Source: the human T2T-CHM13v2.0 reference genome, Homo sapiens. Taken from it: DNA of 64,000 nucleotides. Both the position numbers and the translations under genes were made by a program. Each line of letters opens with the position of its first letter. The first letter of the stretch is position 1. Location: assembly GCF_009914755.1 (NCBI RefSeq), contig NC_060935.1; one strand, 5' to 3'. This document shows positions 1-18,364 of this stretch, in pieces. The notes under the pieces are model-generated. The model was given only the letters and a program-made list of their open reading frames with translations. It was not told the DNA's origin and did not search any database.

Positions 1-42
1 CCAAAGTGCTCGGATTATAGGCGTGAGCCATCACGCCCGGCC
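1..42 (-). mobile_element. Alu 5' end, cut by the window edge
   Basis: ccaaagtgct...cgcccggcc is the reverse complement of the Alu start. Confidence 0.9.
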
Positions 43-48
43 CCGAGG

Positions 49-469
49 GGTGACAATTTTATGAGTCAACTTGACTGGGACATGGGATGCCCAGATGGCT
101 GGTTAACTGTTACTTCTGGCTGTGTCTGTGAGGGTGAGTTCAGAAGAGGGGCACATTTGATTTGGTGGACTGAAGAAAGCTGGTGGCACGCCCCAGCATG
201 AAAGGGCATCATCCCTTCTGCTGATGGACTGAATGGAACAGAAAGGCAAAGGACGGTTGAATTTGCTTTCTGCCTGTTTTGAGTTGAGACATTGATCTTC
301 TTCTGCCCTCAGAGCTCCTGTCCTCAGTCCTTCAGACTCAGACTGGAATCTACTCCATGGGCTCCCTGGCTCTCCAGCCTTCAAACTATGCCACCAACTT
401 TGCTGGGTCTCAAGCTTGTGGAGCAGATCCCAAGAGTTAGCCTCCATAATCACATGAGCCAATACCTTA
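49..469 (+). mobile_element. MLT2-type ERVL LTR fragment
   Basis: aattttatgagtcaacttgactggg...gggatgcccagat resembles the MLT2 consensus start. Confidence 0.75.
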
Positions 470-471
470 TA

Positions 472-764
472 CAGTAGTCCCCGCTTATCTGCAGGAGATA
501 TGTTCAAGACCTCCAATGGGTGTCTAAAACCATGGATAGTACCAAACCCTGTATACACTGTTTTTTTTTTTCCTACACATATAGACCTATAATAAAGGTT
601 AACATATTAGGCACAGTAAGAGATTAACAACAGTAATAAAATAGAACAGTTATAACAATACATTATAATAAAACATGTGAATGTGGTCTCTCTCAAAATA
701 TCTTATTGTTCTGTGGGTTACTAAAACCACGGAAAGTGAAGCAGTGGATAAGTGGGGCCTACTG
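472..764 (-). mobile_element. MER44-like TcMar-Tigger MITE
   Basis: TIRs cagtagtccccgcttatc / gataagtggggcctactg with TA duplications at 470-471 and 765-766. Confidence 0.8.
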
Positions 765-2606
765 TACTAGATATCTTTTTTGCATCTCACATAGACCACC
801 TCTTTAGGCCTTCCTAATCTTTGCTTTTTAGGAAAGAGCAACACCTTAGTAACACTGACATCTCAAGCTGCTCCTCACTCACAGCCAAGGGAGGAACATC
901 AGGGAAGGGTCCCATTTGATTGGCTCTGCTCAGGTAAGGTCATATGCCATTCTTTACACAAGGGGCATGTCATCGGGGGACATATTCCACATTTTAGTTT
1001 AAAATTCATCCAGTACTGATTCAGCCTTACTCTCAACAAACCCCTCCTGGGAGACAGCTTCCTCCAAGGTCATTAGTAACCACAGAATTCTGTCCCTGAA
1101 GAGATCATCACTTAAGTTCTACCTCAAGTCTCTGGTTCACAGTGAATCTAAGATTCTCAGGAACTTAATCAGAGCTAGTAGTCCAGCCTTGCTGCAGTGA
1201 AAGTCTCCTCAAAGGTGACTCTAAGGTTCTTAAAAACAATCTTGGAATACCATCCTGGGTGACATCCCCCACCCCTAGATCTCCATTCTCAGGAATATAA
1301 CTCTTAAATTCCTTGGCTTGGCAGGTTTTGTTCCTGCAACCAGTCAGTGACCCACAATCCCAGTCTTTGAATATGGCTGGCCAGCTCCTGTGCCAAGAGG
1401 GCATTTTCTCACCCAAGGTGAATCTTGGTTCTCTAATTCCTTGGTTGGTTTCCATAATACACAGTTACTGCTGCCATTATGAAGTGTGCAGCTGATGAGG
1501 CAGTATCCACTCCAGACCTTTTGGAGCCTGCTTTATTGGTGGAAACGTGTGGTTATAGGAACATTATCCAGAGTGTGGAAACTCTAATGCCCATCACCTT
1601 CTGGGGCAAAGAAATGTAGTAGGGCCCAGATATCATACTCCGGAGAAGGACTACAGGCATTGAGCCATGGGGATTATATTTTGCACACCTAAGAAGCACT
1701 ACATCTTCTCTAGTAGTATTAGGTGCTGGGATCCAATAGTAAAACCACACGACAGAACACTGGCCTCTAGCTCTGTTGTGCCATCTTTGAGAAGCATTTT
1801 CTCTGGTGTGATCAGAGCTGGGGCTCAAGCCTTATGGTTGTAGCTGTAGGATGTGATAGACCCATGGCCTAATTAGCCACCTGAGAATTCTACCAGGTAT
1901 GACTGCCTTGAGCAGTTGGCTGTAGTCCATTATGATAGAGTTCTGCAGAAAACCAAATCCTTTGGGAGGCCAGTCCTCAGGGAATTCATCTTGGACAAGT
2001 TAACTTTCCTCTCAAGTGCCTACAGCCGGAATAATACATGAACTAGAGCTACACACAAACTAGGTACATATATTTTAAAAACATAATCTTGAGTGGAAAC
2101 AATAACAGGCACAAAAGAATATATCTATTATGATATGTTTATTTAAAGTTCAAAAACTGGCCGAACTAAAATCTACTTGTATTGGAACACACCTGAATGT
2201 GATGAAAGTATACAGAAAAGCAAGAAAGTTATTTAAATAAAAGTCAAGATGGTGGTTACCTCTTAGGTGGGGGCTATAATGAGAAAGGAAGGACAAGATA
2301 GAGAAGGTTCTTACTGTCAGTGTTCCATTTCTTGATTTGGTGGATACAAGTGTGTTTATAATTATTCTTTAAACAATACAAATGGTTTTGGCCCATTTCT
2401 CTTAATTTATATTTAAAATAAAAGTGTTAAAAAGAAAGAATACACATTCAGGTATATAGTGGTAAAGGGGCATTCTATCTGCAACTTACCACTCTCAAAT
2501 GGTTCAGGAAGAAACTACTCATTATTTCATATAAAAAATTAGAAAAGGAAAGAAAAAACGAAGAGAAAAAAGAAAGGCATACTCCAATAGAATATTTTCA
2601 TCTCCT

Positions 2607-2612
2607 TTTATT
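2607..2612 (-). terminator. Distal poly(A) signal AATAAA
   Basis: tttatt on +; followed on - by a long U-rich stretch (about 2535-2575) typical of a downstream element. Confidence 0.8.
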
Positions 2613-2909
2613 GACAGAAATAGAAATTTGTGCTGCAGAGGCAGTAGTACCTCAGAGCATGAGAAGGTAGTCAATGGGGCTGACATGACAAGCCACAATG
2701 CTGGCCAGGGGTCCTACCATAGTGGGAGAACCAAAACCACAAAAATAGCAGGAGGTAGCAAACATCCCCAACACCCAGTGTAAGCATTTCCATTTGCAGA
2801 GAGCTTGGCCATGCATCTTAAAAACGGGGTCCCCTCACAGCTGGCAGGGTATCATGTCAGGCCACCAAATCCATCCAGAACTAACATGCAGTCTCTAATT
2901 TGGAGACTC

Positions 2910-2915
2910 TTTATT
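2910..2915 (-). terminator. Candidate intermediate poly(A) signal AATAAA
   Basis: tttatt on +; motif only. Confidence 0.35.
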
Positions 2916-3570
2916 GTGACCAAAAGATTTGGACCATTAGAAGATCCAAGTTAATCTTTCAGCTCCTTATCCTAGGCAGAAAAAGGGGCTGAGTTCCTGA
3001 AACATCACACAAGTAGAGCTGGACAGGTGCTGATGCCCAGCCTTGCTCTAAAAGTAGTCACCATTTTCCCCGACTTCTCAACACTGCTCTCACTCAGTAT
3101 GTGCCCTAGAAAACCTCTCAATGTTATAAACAAGGGACAGGATAGGGGCAGCAGCCTAGGGTATGCAGGGAATCAAAAGCTGCTACATAGCCGAGAGCAT
3201 TTCACAAGAAACAGCATGGGAACACTATTGGGTCAAGGTCCTCCCGAACAGCTGCTAGAAGCACACACAAAGAAAAATGTGGTTGTTCTCCCATGTCAGG
3301 ATCAGCTGAGCCAAAGTCATGGTCCAGGAAGCTGAGCCTCTTCATGTCCCTGGCAGATTATCAAACCCCATGGCATTCCCAAGCTGTTCCAGTTTTCAAG
3401 TACAATGAGGTGTCTGGGCAGTTGAGTCACAGAAAAGCAAGCACTAAAGAAATCTCAATTGATTACAAATTGATAATATTATCAAACCATAAATTTATAT
3501 AGTCAAGAATTAATTGTGGGAGATGGTTATGAAGGAGGTGAGGATTTTGACACACGGAAGACTAGAAACA

Positions 3571-3576
3571 TTTATT
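3571..3576 (-). terminator. Candidate proximal poly(A) signal AATAAA
   Basis: tttatt on + in AU-rich context, CA dinucleotide about 22 nt downstream. Confidence 0.5.
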
Positions 3577-3846
3577 TATATAAACCCTTAATCATAAACC
3601 ACCCTCATATCCATGAATTGGGAGGAAATTCCTTATTTAGAAATGGCCATCATCTGATTAGTCATTCAGTTGCAGTTCTCTTCAATGCTGGACACACGGT
3701 TTCCAAGGATCAAAGTCTTGAGGAGTGCTAGATCAGGAAATGGGAGAAGCAAGGCAAGGAGAAGAGGGCATCAGGAGTTGGAATTTCTGAAATGTGCATT
3801 TATCTCACAGAAGGCTTGGCACAATGAGGCTGGGGTGAGTGTGGTT

Positions 3847-3933
3847 TTAGTGATTGTTCTTTGTTGCCTCCTTAGCTGCAGCAATCAGTGGAGTGAGGCT
3901 GGAGAGGGGCTTGGCAATCTTCAGGAATTGATG
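3847..3933 (-). CDS. PAK1: PAK1 last exon coding part ([28 protein letters not shown])
   Basis: tag acceptor 3934-3936; TAA at 3847-3849; exon lengths sum to the 545-aa protein. Confidence 0.97.
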   Translation of the reverse strand, partial: HQFLKIAKPLSSLTPLIAAAKEATKNNH

Positions 3934-4074
3934 CTAGAAAGGAGAAAAATAGCAAAAGACACATGACTATTTAACATTCTTCCCCAGTAACCATTACAAG
4001 ACATAAAGGCATCTTTGTTTGTAAAGGGTGCTGTGTGGAAAGCTTCTGATCATCCCCAAATTGAAGGACATCTT

Positions 4075-4490
4075 AAAACAGACCACTTTGGAAAACTGTT
4101 TGGCAGCATCTACTTACAGATAAATACATCTACCTATACTCTAGTAATTCCAATCCTAGGTATATTCCCAAGAGAAATTAGTTTGTATAGCCACCAAAAG
4201 ACATACACAGAAATGTTCATAAAAGATTTGCTTATAATAGCCAATAACCAGAAAGAACCCAAATGTCCAAGAGAATGGAAAAATGAATAGTGTTATATTC
4301 ATATAATACTATACAGAAAATTACACAGCAATACAATAAGTAATTGGTACACTGACAAATGGGTTGAATCTCACAGACACATTAAGGGAAAGAAGCCAGA
4401 CAAGCAAGTTCATATTGTATTATTCCATTTCTTCCGAGGTAAGCCTAACCATGGTGATAATCAGAATAATAATTACCTCTGGGGAAGGTA
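4075..4490 (+). mobile_element. Old L1M 3' fragment
   Basis: accactttggaaaactgtttggcag...aattccaatcctaggtatattcccaagagaa...cccaaatgtcca is L1 ORF2 C-terminal-like. Confidence 0.7.
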
Positions 4491-4674
4491 TTAATAGATC
4501 ATGACCCAGTAGTATATCGCAATACTGCATTTTAGGAGCATTGATCTAGGAATTTATTGTTCTATCCTCAAATCCAATAATGCTAATCATTCAGTAAAAA
4601 GTTCAGTAGCTTGGTCCTTTCCCAAATCACTTTCACTGGGCTGTACTTTGGGCCATACCTTCAACATTTAATGA

Positions 4675-5142
<468 letters not shown>

Positions 5143-5320
5143 TAGGATGTTCTTCTATTTGATAAAAAATATAGGAGCTATCACATTTCCTTTTCTGCCC
5201 TGGCTACCAGGAAATTGAGAACCAGATTTGACCTCTAAACATAACTACTCAACTCACATGAGCATATCTGATTCTTCTGCCATACTTACAATTCCCTTGA
5301 TTAGTCATATTGTATATATG

Positions 5321-5322
<2 letters not shown>

Positions 5323-5359
<37 letters not shown>

Positions 5360-5400
5360 AGAGAGAGACAGAGAGAGAGAGAGAAAGAGAAAGAGAGAGA
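5323..5400. repeat. (CA)n(GA)n compound microsatellite
   Basis: Directly visible. Confidence 0.95.
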
Positions 5401-5839
5401 AACATATATACTAATATTCTTTGCTGAGAATTGCTGCAACTTCTGTTGGGACAGAGATAGTATAAAGAGCTACTGAGAACAAGAACGTACTATTACTATG
5501 AAAGGAATAAAAGATCCTAGCTAAATCATGAAGATATGAATTCCAATATATATCATTCTATGTATTTCTGTCTATAAGTGTGTTCTCACAGGAGAAACAG
5601 ATGTGAAGCTTTTATGATTTGTGATTCTCAAAGTCATGGTTTTCAATATTTACAATGTACACCAACAAGTTAAAAAGCCAGCTTTCTCAGATCACATGTT
5701 TCTGCAATTCCCCTAAGTTGAGAGCAGCATGATCCAACATCGAATTGGGAGGCCTCAGTTTCCTTCTCTGTCTAATAAACAAAACAGACTAGATGAGCCC
5801 TAAGGGCTTCCAGTTGTGATACTCTTTGAGCCTATTAAG

Positions 5840-6020
5840 AGCAGTGGCCAAGAGCATACACACTTGAGAGCCAAACAGGCTGAAATCCTGGATCTGCTAC
5901 TTACCAGCTATCATGGAAAAGTTACTAAACACTTGAAACCTCAGTTTTCTCACCTGTAAAAATGAGAATAGAACCTATGACTCACAGAGTTGTTGTAAAG
6001 GACAATATATAAAGTGCTTA
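5840..6020 (+). mobile_element. MIR (host of the alternative exon)
   Basis: Core aatcctggatctgctacttaccagct...cctcagttttctcacctgtaaaaatg...cacagagttgttgt. Confidence 0.85.
5905..5953 (-). CDS. PAK1: PAK1 alternative cassette exon (VRKLRFQVFSNFSMIA), MIR-derived, 553-aa isoform
   Basis: ttttacag acceptor and gtaagt donor; translation matches my recollection of the longer PAK1 isoform; frameshifts the last exon to TAA at 3872-3874. Confidence 0.88.
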
Positions 6021-6988
6021 GTGCCTAAATATATAAAGTGTTTAGTGCCTAAAATATGGTAAAGATTCAATATAACCCATTTATTACTAGTTATATTACT
6101 ATATCAGGAAGAAAACTTTAGAGGTCACTAACCTTTCAAGAACTATAATTTGGTATTTAATTAAGAATGGTATCTTTACTAATCGCAGGCTTAGCATATA
6201 GTATTTACACATTTCCCAGTGCCCACAGTTTCCAGAATACAACTCTCATGAACAGCAAAAGGGGTCCTACATTGTACTAAGAGACTTTTAGTTCCAACAG
6301 ATACTAGAGACTAATGGGTTATACTTGGCAGAACCCAGATCTCATAACTAATAGGCCAGTATGCCATAATCAGTAACCTCAATTACAAAGACATGCTAAG
6401 TATGTTCCAGAGGGTGATATTCCAATGTGGGTTCTTCCAGTAATTTCATTCAATTCAATAAATATATTTTGAGTACCTATCCTGAGTCAAGTCCTAGGTA
6501 AAACATGAGACTCAGGGATTAACAAAATAGAGGTTATAATCCAATAGGAAAGAGATTCATAATTAATACAGGGCAGTATGCCCTGCCCTGCCCTGCCCTG
6601 CTCTGTCACTTCTGGGCTTCATAATACGAAAGCAAATGACAGTGCATGCCTTCATAAAGTTGCATGTGATACTTACTATTAGATCACTAGTGGGCAATAC
6701 AATAAAAGAACACTAGTTATAAGAAATTGTACTTGAAACATATATGTTAAATACAAATGATGCGGCCTGCTAAAGGCAATTTTTGCAACCATATAAAATT
6801 ATCAGGATTAGGCAGGCAGGAGTATAAAAGGCCTAGTAAACCCCTGACTCCGGGTTTCCCCACAAACTGGCAAAATCTCACTCTCAATAAGTAGAGTATC
6901 ATTGCCATTATCTGAGGATTTCCAATGAATAAAGTGTAAAGACTCCAAAAGCCACACTCACTAATTATCTTCTAAACTTATGTTCCAT

Positions 6989-7261
6989 GGATGGGCATGG
7001 TGGCTGATGCCATGCCTGTAATTCCAGCACTTTGGGAGACTGTGGTGGGCAGATCGTTTGAGCCCAGCCTGAGCAACATGGCAAAACCCTGTCTTTACAA
7101 AAAATAGAAAAATTAGGCAGGTATGGTGGTGCACGCCTATAGTCCCAGCTACTCTGGAGGCTGAAGTGGGAAGATCAGCAGAACCTGGGGAGGTTGAGGC
7201 TACAGTGAGCCATGATTGCGCCATGCACTCCAGCCTGGGCAACAGAGAGAGATCCTGTCTC

Positions 7262-7262
<1 letters not shown>
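6989..7262 (+). mobile_element. AluJ with B-box deletion, tail interrupted by L1
   Basis: AluJ-type right arm; gagcccag|cctgagc lacks gagttcgagaccag; TSD taaacttatgttcc 6973-6986 and 12430-12443. Confidence 0.88.
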
Positions 7263-12410
<5,148 letters not shown>

Positions 12411-12595
12411 AAACATAAATAAAATAAAATAAACTTATGTTCCTTTGCTAAAAATGTATCCTTTGAGCTAATCCCAGCAAAATATAAGTTGTGTAAGATT
12501 TGGGTGTCAGAGACCCGTTTCTCAACAAGACTCAAACAAACTCTGCCAGACTAATTCAAACAGAACAAAGGAAGTGCTAATGAAAGATACAAGCA

Positions 12596-12885
12596 GGCTG
12601 GTCATGGTGGCCCATGCCTGTAGTCCCAGCACTTTGGGAAAGCGAAGTGGGCAGATCGCTTGAACCCAGGAATTTGAGACCATGCACGGCCAACATAGCA
12701 AAACCCCGTCTCTACAAAAAAGTTTTTAAAAAACTAGCCAGGTATGGTGGCGTGCACCTGTAGTCTGAGCTACCTGGGAGGCTGAGGTGGGAAGATCACT
12801 TGAGTGAACCCAGGAGAGGAAGACTGCAGTGAGACAAAATCACGCCATTGCACACTCCTGCCTGGGTGACAGAGTGAGACCCTGT
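12596..12885 (+). mobile_element. AluJ
   Basis: Alu dimer; TSD aaagatacaagca 12583-12595 / aaagctacaagca 13401-13413. Confidence 0.9.
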
Positions 12886-12892
12886 GGGGCGT

Positions 12893-13392
12893 GAGAGGAA
12901 GGGGGAGAGGGAAGAGGGGGGGGAAAGGGAAGGGAAGAGGGGGGGGAAAGGGAAGGGAAGGGGAGGGGAGGGGGGAGGGGAGGGGAGGGGAGGGGGGAGG
13001 GGGGAGGGGAGGGGGAGGGGGGAGGGGAGGGGGAGGGGGGAGGGGAGGGGAGGGGGGAGGGGAGGGGGAGGGAGGGGGGAGGGGAGGGGGAGGGGGGAGG
13101 GGAGGGGAGGGGGGAGGGGAGGGGGAGGGAGGGGGGAGGGGAGGGGGAGGGAGGGGGGAGGGGAGGGGGAGGGAGGGGGGAGGGGAGGGGGAGGGAGGGG
13201 GGGAGGGGGAGGGGGGAGGGGAGGGGGAGGGAGGGGGGAGGGGAGGGGAGGGGAGGGGGAGGGGAGGGGAAGGAAGGGAAGGGGAGGGAAGGGGAAGGGA
13301 AGGGAAAGGAAGGGAAGGGGAAGGGAAGGGAAGGGAAGGGAAAGGAAGGGAAGGAAAGGGAAAGGAAGAAGAAAGGAAAGGAAGGAAGGAAG
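12893..13392 (+). repeat. 500-bp pure polypurine tract (G3-7A core, GGGAA/GGAA flanks)
   Basis: Only G and A over this interval. Confidence 0.97.
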
Positions 13393-13643
13393 CAAGCAAA
13401 AAAGCTACAAGCAAAGCTCAATAGGTGCTCAGAAAATAGATTGTAAACTGAGCCTAGGAGAACGTGTAGAGTTTTAACAGGCTGAGAAAGGCTAAGAAAA
13501 TAAATGAGCAAAGGCCCAGGGATAAAAGGGCAGTAGGAACAGAGTGAGTGTAGGAAGTGGTAGAAGAGAAGCCTAGTTCTATAATATCCAGTACCTTACA
13601 AACATGAAGTAAAAAAGGCCTGGTTTAGTGATTCCCTGAATTA

Positions 13644-13877
<234 letters not shown>

Positions 13878-14058
13878 CTAGAAATATGGTCAGCTGCTTT
13901 ATGCTCTAGGATGCAAAGTAGCAGCTGTGTATATATACTGGAAAGAGTATGACCTAAGGATCAGGTTGAACATTTAAAGGCCATGGGACTATGTACAACT
14001 TCCCTGTCTGTAAAGTAGGGATGATGATAATGCCCATCTCACATGTCTGTAAAAATAA

Positions 14059-14463
<405 letters not shown>

Positions 14464-14817
14464 TGAAGGGTTTATTATCCATTTAGCCTGTTGAGTTAAA
14501 CATCTGCCCAGCTGCTGGCAGAAATTATTCCTGGTGCCTTCACCTCAGTCATCCAAGAACTGATCTCTTCTAGCAGGAAAGGAATATTAAATGTAAGTGA
14601 AAACTGTTGCCACCCTAGTCCCCTAAATGAAGCGTCTCCTGGGAAAGGTAAAGAAAAACAGTAAGACTAAATCTTTACAAGCACTCAGCACTTAATTCAA
14701 AGAGTACTTACATAAGTACTGTCTAATTTAATGGCCACAATTAACTCTGGGTAATAGGGCAAGACTTATCATCTTCACTTCACAGATAGGGTCCGGAAAC
14801 ATAAAAAGATATGTCTA

Positions 14818-15174
<357 letters not shown>

Positions 15175-15439
15175 TTATTTCCAACATATCCCAGCAATTA
15201 TCATCTTCAAATATCTGCAAGGCCGTTCTAAGGGAGGGAAGAGTATGTTGTATGTGGAGTCAGAGGCAAAGCTGGGATCAAAGGATAGAAACTACAGAAG
15301 GTAGTTTCAGTTTGGTGCACTGAAGCAATTTCCAATAATCAGAGATATTCAAGGATGACATGAGCATGTAGATGACCACCTACCAGCAACAGTGCACAGG
15401 GAATTCCTGCACTGGATGGGAGGTGGGAATAAATGAGAA

Positions 15440-16852
15440 AATAAAAGCAATCAGAATAAATTTCACATTTGCCCACACCAAGATTACCAACCTATTTGCA
15501 CCTGTGTTGAGATGCTCTGTTACAAGGGATAAATTGTCCATGCTAATCTAATGTCCTTTACTTCAGTACTTGATCGAACCCCTCTCATCGACTTAAGGAT
15601 ATCACTTCTATGGTTGTCACTTCCTTCTTGTACATGACCATTTTCCTCCTCTCCACTAAATCATTCCCATTAGCACACAGACATCATCTTTTAGAAAAAC
15701 CCTCCCTTGACTCCATTTTAAGATAGTGCTCCATTTTTGTTACCCTTCCCAGCAAAATTCCTTTAAGAGAAAAAAAAACCTGTTTATACATGCCATCTCA
15801 ATGTCCTCTTCTTCCACTTTCATGAATTTAATTAGACTTTCATCCCCATCTCTCTACTGATAACTGATTATTAAGGTCATTAAGAACCTCTACATTGGCA
15901 AATCCAATGTTCATTTCTCAGTCTCATCTTAACCTATCAATCACATTTGACACATAATCTACCCTCCTCCTCCTTCGGGAAGCACACTGTTCTCTTCATC
16001 TCCAGGACACTTCACCTCCAAGACACTTCTCTGTTCTCTCACACTAGAAAGGCCACTCCTTGGTCTACTTTGCTAGTTCTTCCAACCTGTAAACAGTGGA
16101 ATAACCTAGAGCTCAGTACTCAAATCTCTTTTCTTTAACTGTACTCATTCCCTAGGTGAGTGATCTCATCTACCTACTATATATACCAACTATATATTAT
16201 CTACTAATAAATTTATGTTTATAGTCCTGACTTCTCACCCTTGAACTCCAGACTCTTAAGCCAAACTCTACTCCAGCTCCACTTAAATGTCCAATTAACA
16301 CTTCAAATCAGCACATTCAAAACCAACTCTTTATTACCCAACTTAAGTATGCTCTTCACCATTTCAACAGATGGCAACTGAATTTTTTCAGCAATTCAGA
16401 CCAGAAATCTTGTAGTCATTGCTGATTCCTCTTTCTCTAATATTCAGTTCATCTTGTCAGCTAGTCCTTTAATTTCCTGAATCTGACCACTTCTCACTTC
16501 CACTCCTACCAAGACACCACCACTCTGAACTATTACAACAGTCTCTCGCAGTCTATTTTCCATAAAAGCGGCCAAAATGATCTGTTTAAAACATAAATCA
16601 GATCACATTACTCCTCAGCTCAAAACCCTCTAATGACTTCCCAACTCTGCAGAATAAAATAACTTATAAGAGAGAACTTCCCTCTCTACTCTAAAATAGC
16701 ACACCTGTTCCTCCATTACTCTGTTAACTCCCTTACTTTGCTTTTTCTCACAGCATTTACCATCTGTTACTACATATTAATTTATTTTATTTTCATTAGA
16801 ATAGTTTCTTGCACTTGACAGGGACTCAAATAATTGTTGAATAAATGAATGA
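15440..16852 (+). mobile_element. L2 3' portion
   Basis: aatccaatg...catttgacaca RT remnant and terminal ttgttgaataaatgaatga. Confidence 0.75.
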
Positions 16853-16981
16853 GTGACTTCTAATATTCCTTTTCTTTGGCCATTTATACTTTAAGTTCAA
16901 CAGTGACTAGTTGTATCCAGAAAAGGGATCTCCAGGTTGAAAACCACAGAGAACACCCTGGATTCTTATTTCCTGGGACTA

Positions 16982-17269
<288 letters not shown>

Positions 17270-18259
17270 TCACTTCAGTAAGTGTTGACTGTGTACCTAC
17301 ACATAGGTGACAAGATCCGCCTGGCTTCCAGCTCTGCTATCCTTTGTCTCTCCAAAGTCACTTGACTACCACCTTCATGTCTAGCTCCTAGCCTATTTCC
17401 TATTGAACCCGGAAGAGAAATAGAAGGAATATAAGAAACACCATCTCTGGCCTCCTACTTCTCCTCAAACCAGGGGACTTAGTGTTAAAGTCCAAGCTGC
17501 CCATTTTGGTCTTGATTGCTCATCCCAATTCTGCTTTGTTCTTGAAAAACCATTCCCATAATCCCAAATCTGGCGACTAGGTCCTTGTCTTATTCCTTGG
17601 GCACGAGTCCTTGATTTAAACCCCAATCACCTATGACTAGGCATGGCCCTGTTTTTATGCCCCAGACCCAGGGCTGCTAGCAGTCCTTCCATAAACTGCC
17701 CATCCACCCATGACACAGCCTGTTTGTCTGGTCTACTGGTCTTTACACCTTTGAACAAAATGCTCTACCTGCCATGGTTTTTACATTATATTGCAATTAT
17801 AAATTTATTTAAATTAGGAAGCCTTTGAGAGTATGGATTATGTCCTCTTACTTGTCCTCATATCCCTAGAAGGACCAGCATGTACTGGACATTCAATAAA
17901 AGTTTGCTGAATAACTGAATGAAAGAAATTATACAAAACTCTTTTTTCTAATTATCTATTACACGTTTTCCATACTAGATTGAGAAGGTAGGGAAAATTT
18001 ACTCTCAGTGCCCATCACAGGACCTAGCACAGAGTAACCATTCAGCAAAGTTTTTTGTGGTTGTTGTTAAATGTATAAATGAATGAAAAAATAATGAAAT
18101 GATATCCTATGATTAATACAGAAAATATAAAACAGCCCTCATATCCCATGAAATCATAAAGACCCTTTGGTGAGTGTCGTAGTTACTATTATATGATGAC
18201 CATCTCACAGGAGACAGGGCCCCACAGGCAGAGAAGTATTATCATTCCTAAGGCTCCTA

Positions 18260-18364
<105 letters not shown>

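Larger units (their letters stand above)
2580..3846 (-). other. PAK1: PAK1 3'UTR
   Basis: Repeat-free sequence after the stop, ending near the distal AATAAA; exact cleavage site inferred. Confidence 0.85.

Noticed and set aside
103-558. 151-aa minus-strand ORF
   Set aside because: Spans an MLT2 LTR and a MER44 MITE; no recognisable domain
780-2000. Possible ERVL internal remnant next to the MLT2 LTR
   Set aside because: I could not match it to a consensus with confidence; needs RepeatMasker
6005-6057. Short tandem duplications here and near 31387-31425, 38083-38117 and 62573-62650
   Set aside because: Two-copy slippage events with no spacers or functional context; not CRISPR-like
12770-13511. 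Five long Pro-rich or Gly/Arg/Glu-rich ORFs
   Set aside because: A pure G/A tract cannot contain stop codons on either strand; low-complexity artefact
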